From a virus (Duplodnaviria; Caudoviricetes): a stretch of 64,000 bases of DNA. The stretch is taken from positions 96,001 through 160,000 of the IMG/VR virus record IMGVR_UViG_3300013426_000016; one strand, given 5' to 3'. Shown piece by piece: positions 48,901-60,674 of the stretch. A model generated the notes under the pieces. That model ran no database searches. It was given only the letters and a program-made list of their open reading frames with translations, and was not told the origin of the DNA. Numbering within the stretch: position 1 is the first letter of the stretch; each line of letters starts with the position of its first letter. Made by a program: the position numbers and the translations under genes.

Positions 48901-50038
48901 CATTTTCTTCATCATCTGAAAACCAAGCTTGTACTTCATCATCTATTTGCTTTTGTAAGTTCTCCAGCATATTATATGTATTACCGCCAGTAATATTAAC
49001 TTGGCCAGTAATAGTCAAACCTGTATCTGGATGATAATCTAGAAATTCACTTCCTTTGCCTATATGGAAAGCTCCATTTAAAAAGTCTAAGTACTGTAAG
49101 CCATCAGCAGTCTTAAATACATAAGCTGTGATTTGTCCAGGGAGGATTTCTGTAAAGCCGTTCATGTACCCCACACTCCTGTCTCCATCTGTAGCAGAAG
49201 TAATTATAGCACATAAAAGATAATAATCATTCCCCACTTCAGATTCAAAAGAGGTTTGTGAAAGTACAAATTCTCCAACTCCAGAACCTTTAAGGTCTTG
49301 ATTATTTGCTATAGCTTCTTTTATTTCATCGTCTGTATATGGATTTCCAGAAGCATTTAAATATTTAGGAACTTTTATATACAAATAATAAGAAGCATCT
49401 GGATTATCGAAAAATAGTCTTGTGTCTTTATATGTTTTACCAGAAACAACTCTTTCTATATCACCTTTAATTGCCCATCTTGCATAATAACGATAGTCGA
49501 GATTTGGTTGTACTGCTTCTGGTCCGTCTAATTTAGTATGTAATATATAACATTCTGGGCAAGTAAGTGTTTCTGAAACAACATTTACTCCTGGAGCAAC
49601 AACTAAAAAACCGTCTTTTGTAGTACCAGTAACTGGTTTAAGGTTTGATACAAAATTATATTGTAAGTTCTCAGAACCTACAACTAATTGCATTGTACTA
49701 ACTGTTATAGGATTTATAGATTCTGTAAATCCTTCTAACTTAGCATCTTCTAATAATCTTTTAGTTTCTTGTAAATCTTCCCAACCTCTTTTGGTAATAT
49801 AATTATTTAAAGAAGCTTTTAAATAGGCTTTTGTCACATATTTAGAAAGATCTGGAGATTCTGGTATATTAATATCTGGCTCTACTGGCTGATTAATAAT
49901 AGTAGTTGTTCCATTCTCTTGGTCTCTAAAATGTAATTCATAATACCTATCTGCTACTTTAACATATACTTTACCAGCTGTTTCTAATACTAGGTTTTTA
50001 TTCTTTTCTCCTAGTACGTCAGCATTATTTATACTCAT
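45914..50038 (-). CDS. Proximal tail fibre/hub protein (~1374 aa; four track ORFs joined)
   Basis: Six TGAs (47942, 47636, 46988, 46556, 46382, 45956). Internal repeats (GTVTSV.LS.P.GF.V..SPITSSGT; SARGxD). C-terminal SHNLGKRPSV domain. Confidence 0.75.
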
Positions 50039-50658
50039 TATTCTATAAGTTTAACGTGTCTTTGTTCTTTATTTTCACAGTACGGATTCTGCTGAACAAC
50101 TTCTACAGTAATTACAGTATGCTTCTTTTGGAAGAGTCTTGCCAACCAACATTTCTTTGGTGGATTTATAGTTTCTTTCTTAGCTGAAGCTATAATGATT
50201 TCTTCGTTCTTAAACGAGTAGTCTGTAATTATCTTATTCGGGTATTCTAATTGTAAGCGCATACTAGCTCACTGATCCGTTAAAGTAGTATCTATTTTAA
50301 CCTCTTTTACAAAAATAGTATCCCTTATTAGGACACTATCTACTTTATTGGTTTGAGAAGCTATATATTGTAACTCCTTTATATTTTTATCTTTAATTCG
50401 TAAATCCTTCCTTACAGCATTTAATTTCTGTATTAAAGAGTCTTTACTATTATTTAATTGATCTATAGTAAGTAAAAATTCTCTATTCTCCTTACTTATT
50501 TTTGAGTTTTCATATTCATATGCTTTAGCATTATTCGTTGCATATTCTAATTCTATTTGTGTTTTCTTTAATCGACTTGTTGATATACTTGTATATACTC
50601 CAAATCCCACGCAAATGGCAAATAAAGCTAAAATAATATAGTTTTTTATTTTTTCCAT
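50038..50658 (-). CDS. Membrane-anchored coiled-coil protein, Rz/spanin-like (206 aa with TGA=Trp)
   Basis: N-terminal transmembrane helix, coiled coil and VDSVLIRDTIFV. TGA at 50269 joins two in-frame track ORFs. Confidence 0.55.
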
Positions 50659-50675
50659 GTATAAGTGTTTTGGAG

Positions 50676-50707
50676 CAAATATACAAATTTTTTTACCTAT
50701 TTCCAAA
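50676..50707 (-). promoter_or_regulatory. Bacteroidota-type promoter for the fibre operon
   Basis: TTTG-N20-TATATTTG, immediately after a terminator (50709-50741, AAGGAGTG...CACTCCTT plus T-tract). Confidence 0.7.
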
Positions 50708-50746
50708 CAAAAAAGGAGTGCAGTTATTCACTCCACTCCTTTATAA

Positions 50747-50941
50747 TTAAATTAAAACGATATCAACAATCTCTTCTATTTCCTCTGCACTTAATTGGGT
50801 ATTATTTATATAGTATAATATACCAAGTATACCAAATAAATGACAGATTCTTTTCGTATTATACGTGTATCCTATCTCAAGATCTTTTAACTCTTTTAAA
50901 TAGGTATCTAAGTAATGTTTTTTAAGCTTTTCCACAACCAC
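50747..50941 (-). CDS. Small hypothetical protein
   Basis: Overlaps the upstream gene and is followed by a terminator. Confidence 0.5.
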   Translation of the reverse strand: MVVEKLKKHYLDTYLKELKDLEIGYTYNTKRICHLFGILGILYYINNTQLSAEEIEEIVDIVLI

Positions 50942-51629
50942 AGTCTGTATTTTCTATTTCTTCTTTTCCACAGACGCTACCACAACTCATAACTGTATCT
51001 AGGACACGCTGTGCATCGGAGAGTTTATTTTGGTCTACTAGCATTTCTACTGCATATAAGCTCTCAAGGAGAAATTTAAGTTCATAATTCTCTTGCTTAA
51101 TACACCCAAAATCACAGCCTTGTTTTTTAAACTCCTGTATTTCTGCCTTTAAATGCTCTAGAACACAGTTCTTTAATGCACAATAAGAAAATATAGAAGC
51201 TTTTCCAGAATAAATATCTGACTGCTCTGTATCAAGTAAAACAGAATAATCTTCTATTAAAACCAAACTATCTTTATCGACAGAAGAAAGATCGGCTTCT
51301 GAGAAATATACCTCGTTATCTAAAATAAAATATTTATTTTCAACTTTATATGCAGAACCTTCTTTATAAGTTTCTATAGAAGGTACAAGCACCCGAACCA
51401 TACTCTGTAGGCCATTAAGACCTTCAAAGGGTTCTGAAGTTTTTAAAATAGAGTCCTCATTACTTGTAATTGGAGTAACTCGTTGCTCTACAACTGCATC
51501 GTCTTGTTCAACATATTCTACTAAAGAAAATTTGCTAACGTCAGTGAGAGAAGCGTAATTACTACTATCTTCCAAATAAATTTCACAACTAGGAGTACTC
51601 TTTAAGGTAAGAACTAATTGTTTATCCAT
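50922..51629 (-). CDS. Cys-rich structural-region protein downstream of portal
   Basis: Coupled to the portal stop. C-terminal CGSVC...DCGCG. Confidence 0.6.
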   Translation of the reverse strand: MDKQLVLTLKSTPSCEIYLEDSSNYASLTDVSKFSLVEYVEQDDAVVEQRVTPITSNEDSILKTSEPFEGLNGLQSMVRVLVPSIETYKEGSAYKVENKYFILDNEVYFSEADLSSVDKDSLVLIEDYSVLLDTEQSDIYSGKASIFSYCALKNCVLEHLKAEIQEFKKQGCDFGCIKQENYELKFLLESLYAVEMLVDQNKLSDAQRVLDTVMSCGSVCGKEEIENTDCGCGKA

Positions 51630-54049
51630 TATGCTTCTTTAATTTTATCATTATATGGGTTATTATCATTTAACTGAGCATACTCAAGTTCAGTTTGCTT
51701 TTCTTTATTTGCAGCAATTCTATCATTATAAGTTTTGTCATTAAATACTTTCTGAGTATCAAGATCAAGTCTCTTCTGCTCAAGAGCCAGCTTTTCAGAA
51801 CTATTCTTTTCAACTTCTTTCTGTAATTTATTATTATTATCAGTAAGAGAGTTAATTTGCTTAGAAGCCTCTTGTAATTGCTGTGACATTTCTTGTAATT
51901 TCTGTTGTAATTGCTGAATTATATTATTCTCTTTCTTCTTAGCAGAAACCGCAGAGTTAACATAACTCTTAAGTTCAGTAAGATTCTTAGCTGAAATAAT
52001 ATTAATCATCATTTCTGGATCAGCTTGTCCAGATTTTACAAGCTCTATACTTATTTGCTTAAGCTCATTAATCTTTTGGAAAACCTCTGTACTATCCTGT
52101 ATGTGTATATCAAAATCAGTCATAGTGTAATACTCAGGTAAAGTAGTATATATTTGGTTTAACTCTAAACCATTAATAAGAGTACCACAAATTCCTGTTT
52201 TAAAGGCTATTTTAGCTTGGTTTAACAAATCATAATTAACTTCTTTATAAAGAAGATCCATCGCTGAAAAATACTGCTTTGTAAGCAAAGTAGACTGTCT
52301 AATTCCTACTTTTACATTACTAACAGCATCTCTTTGTTGTATTCCTCCCAGTTTCTCTGCAAATACACCAGTAATAGAACTAGCTTGCTGCTCTATACTT
52401 TCTAGTACATACTGAAAAGCTTGTATACACTGAGCTTTAATAGTATCGTCATACCCATTAAAAGTAGTATTAATTAATTGGCTCCCTTCTTGTGAAGAGT
52501 CGAATAATGCTACTCCTTGTTTTTTATATGCCATCCACATTTGTACTCTATCCGGTAGTTCTTCGCCAAGATAAGTAGGTAAATGGGCAGCATCCAACCA
52601 ATCTCCAACAGTTCCAGAAGAAGCAATTAAACTATCCCTGTAGAAGATGGTAAGATCATATCTCGTTTTGTTCACGTAGTTTCGCTAAGACTACGCCGCT
52701 TTCGCTGCTGCATATTTCTATGCAGTCCAGACTATATCATAACATTTCTGTTTCCCGTGCTTCGTAACGCTTGTTACTATAATTAGTCGTTGAACCTTCC
52801 CCAAAAAAGGGCTCGGCTGCTGGTTGTCTTCGTCTTTTCTCGTTAAGAGTTCCCAGCAATTCTCGGGATTTACCCAGGACTAGATAAGTCAATCCTGCAA
52901 GTCCATAGTACTCAACATAATACTAAATGGCATTCCATTCTTATCTTCAAAGAAAATACCATTTATAGAAAGAGAACATTCTTTAGGATTACTAATACTT
53001 CTTATAACAGTTTTAGATTCTCCTCGTACTATGTATATTTCTCCTCCTATACGAACTCCTTCATGCCTATAAAGAGTACCCTCTTTATATTCAAGCCATT
53101 CACATTCGTAAACTTCCCAAACTTTAGCATTGGTAATTATTCTATCCTTATTTTGCATAGGATATACTTCCAAACCGCCTAAAATACCAGGAGCTTTTCT
53201 ACAGTCAAATTCTCCTTTCTCATTATATGGAGAGTATGCAACCGTAGTAACATAATGGTCAGTTAGTCTATTTGTCGAAGAACTTTCTTTTAAAATCTCT
53301 TTTGCTTCTGAAGAAAGTTCATCTCCAAACTCAGCAAGAATTTGTTCTCTATTTAAATATCTACGAATAACCGCTCTTGGAGATTTATTTAAATAATACT
53401 CATTAGGATTTCTTTCTATAAAGGTATCTAATGGATTTAATATCTCTAACTTAATAGCTCCATTTTCAGTTGCTTTCGTACGATAATAACAAACTCCAGA
53501 AATAAGAAGGTCTGTTAATAACTCCCTCATCTTATTTTTTAAATCTATATTTCTAGAGTTTTTAATATAATTTAAAATATTTTGTGCCGCTATCTCATAT
53601 TGAGAAACATAGTTTTTAGAAACATCTTCCTTAATTTGATTAATTTCTTCTTCATAATAAGGATCATTTACAGCACTCTTATTTTCTAAGAAGATTTGGA
53701 TTAAAGCATTTTTAAGTTTCGCTTTAAAGTGCTCTAAAACTGCGGCATCTATCTTTAATTGTTTGTCTCTCATTATATCTGAAACTGTCTTCCTGTCCTT
53801 ACAAGAGATCTGTAGTTCTGGATCGAGTTCCAAATACTCTCCCACTAAAACATCTATATGCTTCTTTATTAAAGGAGTAAATCCTATAGAAGTAGGAGTA
53901 CCGAGACCATAATTATCTTCTAGATGCTTGAACTGCTCTTTGTCTCTAGTACAGTGGTAGTAATTATAAGCTTTCCTTAATTGTACTTTATCATATACTA
54001 ATTCAGAAATACAAGCATTAATTTTTTCTATTTCTTTGTCTTTATTCAT
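51629..54049 (-). CDS. Portal protein, spliced (~730 aa). Exons 54049-52892 and 52663-51629
   Basis: KAYNYY, PLIKKHIDVLVGE and SSITGVFAEKLG.IQQRDAVSNV motifs. Junction MDLQD|RYDLTIF is in frame. Follows terminase. Confidence 0.85.
52664..52891 (-). mobile_element. Group I intron in portal gene (228 nt, no ORF)
   Basis: P1 CAGGAU/GUCCUG; P10 UAUCU/AGAUA. Core AAUUGCUGGGAA, AACCAGCAGC, GUUCAACGACUA, GAUAUAGUCU. Confidence 0.9.
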
Positions 54050-54317
54050 AATCACTATCCGCTTGTTCTAATATTGTTTTATAAAAAGACACATAATTAA
54101 GAGTTCTAGTTCTTATTTCTTTCGTAATAAAAGCTAGAAACTCTTCTTCTGTGCCTTGCATTCCCATAATAATAGGGGAGTGTTCAGTATCTAAATACAT
54201 AAAAAGAGTTCTAAGTGTTCCACCAGGTAAATCCTCAGTTTCTACTTTAATTTTACCTATGTATTTACACTTCATATTCTCTTCTATAATATTTCGTATT
54301 TGTGTTTCTATATTCAT
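54042..54317 (-). CDS. Hypothetical protein between terminase and portal (91 aa)
   Basis: Tightly packed ORF. Confidence 0.65.
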   Translation of the reverse strand: MNIETQIRNIIEENMKCKYIGKIKVETEDLPGGTLRTLFMYLDTEHSPIIMGMQGTEEEFLAFITKEIRTRTLNYVSFYKTILEQADSDYE

Positions 54318-54319
54318 AT

Positions 54320-56527
54320 TTAAGTAGGTATAACGCCTCTACGTTTAATACCATTTTCGTCTGTATATCATCCGAAGTTTTTCCACTGAGAAGCAGTTGC
54401 TTGTACAGTAGATGGAGTTATTCCAGTCATATCCTCGTCTCCCAGCTCAACCATCTGCAACGCTGCTATAATATCGAACTTTCTCTTATACTCATAAGAG
54501 TAATTCAACATTTGCTCTAGCATTTCTTTAAAGTCTATAGTATGCCAGAAATCATTAATAAAGCTGCCAACTAATTCAAGACCGTGATTAATAACTGCTT
54601 CTGTAGAAGGTACACCTATAAGCTGCTTACCTGTATTTCTTTTATTTGTTACTGCGAAATCTGGACGTTTCATAAACAAATGGCCCATATTCCTGTCTCT
54701 AAAGTAAGTTTGTATAGAGATTTTCGTATACTCAAGTAATGCCTTACAATTATACCAAACTAGCAATTTCATAGCCATATCATAAGCCTTACGTATATCA
54801 TCTGGACGTTCTTTATACATAGCTACGTATCTAGGTTCATTTAACCCAAAGACTCTCTTCTTAATTACTATACAGAAATCTGATACATCTTTACTTGTAG
54901 CAGAGTCTCTAGAACCCATATCGATAGCATCTATACCAGCAACATAAAGATTTTTATATGGTTTGCCTTCAGCATCTAAAAGAGGGGGTTCTACAACAAA
55001 TAAGTTAGATGAAGCACTTTCTACAGCCTTAACCTTAGAGTATTCTTTGCCAGCAGTATTATCCCATAAAAGTTGTGTTCTAATCGGCTTAATATAATTA
55101 TTGTTTGTTTGTATCTGCACTAACCTTTCGGAAATAGCAGCTGCATCGAACATGTTTCCAGCATGCTTAGAAAGTGCCTCTCTAGGTGTAAAACAGTGCT
55201 CAGCGCATTCATTTAAGTAGTCTTTATCAGTTAACTTAGAACGCTGAGCATCATAGTATTTTTTAAATTCTTTATAATTAGTAACTCCTCTTTTATCTAA
55301 GTACTTGCTCACCAAAGCAAATTTATGAGCAGGTATAAAGAAGCCGGATAGCTCTGGTTTTCCATCGTCAGTATCTACATTCTTAAATTTCAGAACATTA
55401 TAGCCATCCGGATTATTAAATATATTTTTTAATCCTTCGAGAGAAATATCGTCTCCACCAGTTCCGACTGCTATTCTGGTTCCGAAATGTTCGCCTCCTA
55501 AGGAAACAAGAGCGTCTCCTTTAATCCAAGATTCTGTAAGTTTCGGCGCTGAACCAGCCTCATCATAAATAAGTCTATCAATTCGCTGTCCTCTGACTTT
55601 ATCAGAAGTATCCGCTACTACAGTATTAATTTGTGACATCCATCCATACTCAATTCCATCTGGAGTCTTTAAAGATGCTCTTTTTGTATCATTATTATTT
55701 ACTGCCAAACGAGCATGCCTCATTCCTCCTCCAGTATTCATATTTAGTCAGTCTAACTGTTTTCATACTTTTTCTCTTAAAGGGGCAAGTTTATTTTCAG
55801 CAGCACAAGTAAGCATTACATTATATCCTTTATTTGTAGTATATGGACGTACTGCAAGAGATGCTAACATCTCGCTAGCGCCCAAACCACGGGCTTTTAA
55901 TAGACAAGCGTCTTTATGTAGCTTCTCGGCCATTTCCAAATAATGGAAAAATTCATACTGCTTGGAGAGAAATCCAGGGAAAGATTCTGCACGTCCAGTA
56001 CCAGAAATAGCGCCTTCTTTAATTACAAACATTCTATAGTAATTAATAAAGAAGTAATGATCACCAGTAATACGATATTTTCCAACTGTATAGCCCTCTC
56101 TACATCTTCTAAACTCTTCTGTTCAGAAATCTTTATTTGCTTTACTTCCTTTAGGAAACTCGGTATATTTACCAGTCCTGTTATAGGTCTCGCCTCTTTC
56201 TCTAAATGGAGTAGGATCGAAATCAAGTCCTTCTTCCAAATTAATAGGCCTATAGCCAGTTATTTCATAAGAAAGATCCGGATCAAAATACTGTATCTCT
56301 TCAGTTAAAGGAACATCTCATTCTTCATTTGGACGCTTTTTATGCACAAATACAGCAGTATTTAAGTAAGTATCCTGGGCTTCTTCTTGCTTTCCAGATT
56401 CTTCAAATAACTGTTTCTTTAATTCCTCTTCCCACTTTTCACTGAAAGAAGGTAAGGCTGGTTTCTCTTCCTTTTTTGGTTGTTCCTTAGAAGCGAAATC
56501 CTTATAAGTAGGTAATCTTCTAGGCAT
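54320..56527 (-). CDS. terL: Terminase large subunit (735 aa with TGA=Trp)
   Basis: ITGDHYFFINY, Walker A LKARGLGAS, Walker B LIYDEAG, GTGG and RNase H-like YVAGIDAID. TGAs at 56318, 56123, 55763, 55748 and 54368. Confidence 0.9.
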
Positions 56528-56529
56528 AA

Positions 56530-57108
56530 TTAAGCATCAAATATTCCAAGTTCACTATCTCCACGTACCTTTGCACCAGCTTCTGCAAGATTCTTTTTAT
56601 GTGTAACTTCAAGCTCTTGTAACTGAGTACGCATCTTAGCAATTCCACCTAAGTCAGCAATAACGTCTTTTGGTTTATTTAAAGGTCTTCCTTCAGAATC
56701 AACTTCTTCAAAATCAATATTATCAAGATGAACTTGCATTTTATGTAGAGTTTTATATGCTGTTTTAATAAGTGCTAAGATAGGATCTGCGTCTTGCATT
56801 TCTTGGTATTTGTGATAAGCATTTAAGAAAGCTTCATCTTTAAGATCGTTCTCTGTTAAACCAGAGTCAATCAAAGCAGCAGAGTGCTTGTCACGTTCCA
56901 AATACTGAAAATAAGGAGATTTAAAATCTAGCACCAAATATATGTAAGTAAATTCTTTATACGCTTTTAATCGCAACTTTCCAGTCTTATCTTCTTTGCA
57001 TTTATTTCTACTTACATCTCATAAATCTTTAAACTCTTTTACAAGTAAAATGCTATATTCATCTATCCTTAAAACATTTTCAGTATTATCAAATATGAAA
57101 ACGTTCAT
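56530..57108 (-). CDS. Conserved protein upstream of terL, possible terminase small subunit (192 aa)
   Basis: ATG at 57108 and one TGA at 57019. KEFTYIY...DFKSPY; C-terminal VRG. Confidence 0.55.
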
Positions 57109-57689
57109 TACTTTCTCTTCGTCTTATCTACAATATTAGTGGTATCGTTCTTATGATTATTCATAATTTCTCTCCAGTTCTCAAGAAGCTCTTCTGGAGC
57201 CATTCTATTTCCCCACAAAAATCCTCTCAACCAATTTGGAGAAGTTCTGTTAGGATCCCAGTAAGTATTTGTGTCAGAGCGAGTAGTGGTAGTATATCTA
57301 ACACTTCCGTCTGGATAGGTCTGACGCTCTTCTACACTATACTTATATGGCTTAACCATTAAAGTATCTCCTGGAGCTTTAATTATTTTATAAAACTTAC
57401 TATAATCAATAGGGCCACCGTCTTGGAACTTTCTAAGACCATAAGCAAGTTTACCTCCCTCTCTAAACAATCCTGTCTGAGATTCAAAGGCCTTAAATAA
57501 ACTCTGTACTACCTGATTTCCTTCCTCTGAAGAAGCGAGTTGGTTAAGTATATCCACAACCGTTTCTGCATTCTGAGCTTCCATAATAGGCTTTACAATT
57601 TCCTCTGGGAGTTGATCTGCATAATTACCAATATTCTGAGGAAGCCAATTAATGAAATCAGACATTACTTTTTCTTGATTTTCGTTCAT
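57108..57689 (-). CDS. Hypothetical protein (193 aa)
   Basis: FREGGKL and KFQDGG motifs. Confidence 0.6.
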   Translation of the reverse strand: MNENQEKVMSDFINWLPQNIGNYADQLPEEIVKPIMEAQNAETVVDILNQLASSEEGNQVVQSLFKAFESQTGLFREGGKLAYGLRKFQDGGPIDYSKFYKIIKAPGDTLMVKPYKYSVEERQTYPDGSVRYTTTTRSDTNTYWDPNRTSPNWLRGFLWGNRMAPEELLENWREIMNNHKNDTTNIVDKTKRK

Positions 57690-57690
57690 A

Positions 57691-57930
57691 CTATATTTTA
57701 ATTAAATCCTTTGTAGAAAAAACAGCTTCTTGTAGTTCTGATTTAGTATTAAACCATATGCACTTAATGCCTACAAGAGTGTTGTTAATATTTCCATCTT
57801 TATCTTTTATAGATCTTTCTACTTTTTCTTTTACTAGCATCATCTTAGGAGTATTATCCAAAGGATGCTTTAGTGTAACATGATCCCCTGGGATAAAATA
57901 CACCTTTTCTTCCATTTTTACTTCGTACAT
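57691..57930 (-). CDS. YodC/DUF2158-like small protein
   Basis: PGDHVTLK...P.M.V...CIWF...LQEAVF...DL. Confidence 0.6.
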   Translation of the reverse strand: MYEVKMEEKVYFIPGDHVTLKHPLDNTPKMMLVKEKVERSIKDKDGNINNTLVGIKCIWFNTKSELQEAVFSTKDLIKI

Positions 57931-57935
57931 ATAAA

Positions 57936-58331
57936 TTACATATTTTCATCCTTTATAATACAAATGATGTTTTGTTCAGTAACAGCTCTATATCCCTTAT
58001 TCCTATAAGGAAGAGGAGTGGCTATATGTTTTACAGCAAATACATCATCTCCAACTGAAACATTCTTACAAGCAGGACCTACAGCAATTACTTTCGCACA
58101 AGCGATATATTCTTCAGCATCCTCCATTTCTCCAGTTTCATTAGATTTATATTTCTTTTCTCCATTAATTCCTAAAATCAAACCAGCAGAGGTTTTCTCT
58201 ATATAATTATATGGATTATCTTCGTAAAACTTTACAATTACATTTGTGTTACAAGGTACAATAACAGTGTTATTAGTTTTAATGTTTTTAGTGTTCTTCT
58301 CAAGAACTTTTTCTACTATTTCATTTACCAT
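57936..58331 (-). CDS. GroES-like co-chaperonin
   Basis: EKTSAGLIL mobile-loop-like segment and AKVIAVGPACKNVSVGDDV. Confidence 0.75.
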   Translation of the reverse strand: MVNEIVEKVLEKNTKNIKTNNTVIVPCNTNVIVKFYEDNPYNYIEKTSAGLILGINGEKKYKSNETGEMEDAEEYIACAKVIAVGPACKNVSVGDDVFAVKHIATPLPYRNKGYRAVTEQNIICIIKDENM

Positions 58332-58528
58332 TTGTTCAATAAACATTTTTCTTTTTTGGATCTCACTTTAGCATCTATAAAGCAGCCACACATAGTACAA
58401 ACATCCATATTAAAAACTTTTGTTTTATGTAAGCAAGCTTTACATTTAAGCAATCTATCTCTTTCTTCACTTGTTAGTTTACAAAATATCTTTCTAAACC
58501 AACCTTCTAATATATTAAAAATTATCAT
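58325..58528 (-). CDS. Small Cys-rich (zinc-binding) protein
   Basis: R...CxxC...CxxCGC...K......C...KW. Confidence 0.7.
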   Translation of the reverse strand: MIIFNILEGWFRKIFCKLTSEERDRLLKCKACLHKTKVFNMDVCTMCGCFIDAKVRSKKEKCLLNKW

Positions 58529-58746
58529 TTTCCGGCGACACAATGCCCTTTAGGATTCTTAGCTTTTAAAGTAACAATACAATTGCAACCCTTTATATAA
58601 CCTTTCTTTGGAAAATAACTCCATTCATCAGTATCTGGGTTTATATATCTTTGAGAGTTGCATCTCTCACCAAGAACATCTTTTTTATATAAAGGGCATT
58701 TATAACAAATATTCAGTCGCTTATTAGCTAAGTCTTCTATAGTCAT
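58522..58746 (-). CDS. Small Cys-rich protein, paralogue of the downstream gene
   Basis: R..ICxxCP...GCNC...K......CVAGK-W(TGA)-TAA. Confidence 0.7.
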
Positions 58747-60662
58747 TATTTTATATAAGGTATATCCTTGTCTAATTCCATTTTCATCTTTAATTGCTTT
58801 TTATAATGCTTCAACATCTTTTCTACTTCATCCTTAAGATATGGAACATCTAATTCAGTTTCATTTTCATTCCTATCTATATGAATTATCTTCAATCCTT
58901 TAATTTCAAAATTAGGATTTATTTGTTGTAGCATATAAGCATATAAAGACAACTGACAAGCATAATGATTAAAAGTACAGTCTTGCAGATTATTTAATGG
59001 ATATTTCATCATCTGCCTGGATTTAGTAGCTCTATTGTAATAGGACTCTTTTTCTATTTTAGCATTAGTATTATGAGTAGGAATTAAACCTCTTCCAGCT
59101 AAATAAGTGTGTGTAGGACTATCTACTTCTATACAACGAGTAGGAACTGTTTCTACTTCTTTTACAGAAACAACTCTTCTATAATAATGCATATCTCGCT
59201 CCATGTCCGTAAACTTATCAGCTTTATCTTGAAATTTAACCAAGAAAGGATTTATTTCTAAGCTTCTCCATCGAATATAAGTTTTACCTTTTTTGGTAAA
59301 GAGCCCACATTTAACACCAAAGGAGGTGATTAATTCTGACAAATATTTAGTTTCATTAGGGTTTTTAGGCACTATAACATAAGACTTATAAAAAGCTCAC
59401 GATATTCCTCTAGCATCCATAATTCCTCTTAAAAGAGCTAAACGGTCTTCATAAGAAGCCATTAAATATTCTTGTGGTATGTGCTTATTATTTATTAGAT
59501 TTAATTTATTTAGACGTGTTCCTAAACAAACAGAGCTTTTATAAATATGTGTACCTTTAGAAAAAGGAGCTATTTTAAAATTATATCCTTTCTTATCTAA
59601 TTCCTCCATTATTTGCTTATCTCTCGCTGGGATAATACTACAATCCTCGAAACCAATAGCTAACCATACTCCTAGCACATAAGGATCTATGAGTAACTTA
59701 TTTTTAGGAAGATTAAGGGGGGCTGGATTATATATACGTATAGAATAATCAGGTTTTGTCTCTACTCAACTCTTTATTTGCTTTGTAGTCATTACTTTTT
59801 CTGGAAAGCAATCCTCTCTAAACCTATAAGCTACTAACCAACGATGCTCTTCATCTGCAATTAAAGTTTCTCCAGTATCAAAAGTAAGCTCATAACAAGG
59901 ATTATAATGCACTTCAGAAACGTGAGTAATATTTACTGGATTTCCATCTCTATCAAAAACTTGGTCATCTAAAGTAAGAGTACCCATAGTTTTCCATCCA
60001 TTCGTAGTTAAAATAGGAGTGTTTACATCGAGACCTTTTCAGTCTATAATATAAATATCATTCTCATCTTTAATTAAACAATCAATTTGCCCAGAAACTC
60101 TCAATAACCCATCTTTACTTGTAACAGAAACAAGAAATTCTGGGTATACACCTTTAGGAGTATCCAACTTAAAGTAATCTTCTTTACAATCAAACACTCC
60201 TTTTAAATCCTTAAATCCGTATCTTCCGAAATCAAAATCTTTTCGGTCATAAAAAGATAATTCTTTCTTTAAATGCTGTGCTGTACCATGTTCACAAGCT
60301 TCTTCTCTTTTTGCCTTATATGAGTCTAGGATTTCCTGTTTCTTCTTAAAGAATTCTTCTTCATTCATGCCTAATTTAGAAATTATTTTATTATCAAATT
60401 TCTTTTTGGCTAAAAGAACTTTCTTAAGAGTTAACCAAGTGTCCATATCCAATAGAGCTTCGGCAGCCTTATAAGAAGACCAGAAATCTTCATCAAATTC
60501 TTCACAATACTTTCCAATTAACTGTGTAACTGAAATATAAGGTTTCATATCTGCTTTATTATAGTACTTATGTTCAGCATCATTAAAGAAGCACTCATCA
60601 TTTTCCTTATCTACTTTTATTCCATTAATGTATTTATCTTCAATTATTTGTGATTTTGGCAT
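58746..60662 (-). CDS. PD-(D/E)xK exonuclease precursor with intein (638 aa; mature ~316 aa)
   Basis: EHKY, YISVTQLI, GTAQH, SGQIDCL...IID-W-K|T-N and Y..QLSLYAYML. Three TGAs join four track ORFs. Confidence 0.85.
59070..60035 (-). mobile_element. Class 3-type intein (322 aa) with N-terminal Gly and degenerate LAGLIDADG domain
   Basis: Block A GLDVNTPILTTNGWKTMG; block B ADEEHRW; block F VPTRCIEV; block G IPTHN|T. Confidence 0.85.
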
Positions 60663-60674
60663 ATTTCATTAACA

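Noticed and set aside
35481-50038. Diversity-generating retroelement or invertible shufflon in the fibre region
   Set aside because: I saw no reverse transcriptase or recombinase, no adenine-specific repeat pair and no inverted gene fragments; a self-alignment would be needed to exclude this fully.
56023-56226. Alternative-frame minus-strand ORFs (also 27828..28043, 34074..34496, 39419..39619, 40661..40948)
   Set aside because: They are nested out of frame within terL or other supported genes and have no independent evidence.
4732-57930. TAG reassignment (code 15)
   Set aside because: TAG ends several genes at natural boundaries (4732, 28518, 35038, 44251, 57691) and I found no internal TAG in reconstructed genes.
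15432-60662. Fragmented ORFs read as pseudogenes or a decaying prophage
   Set aside because: Breaks are in-frame TGAs at Trp positions or precise introns; the only true frameshift I found is at the G10 tract.
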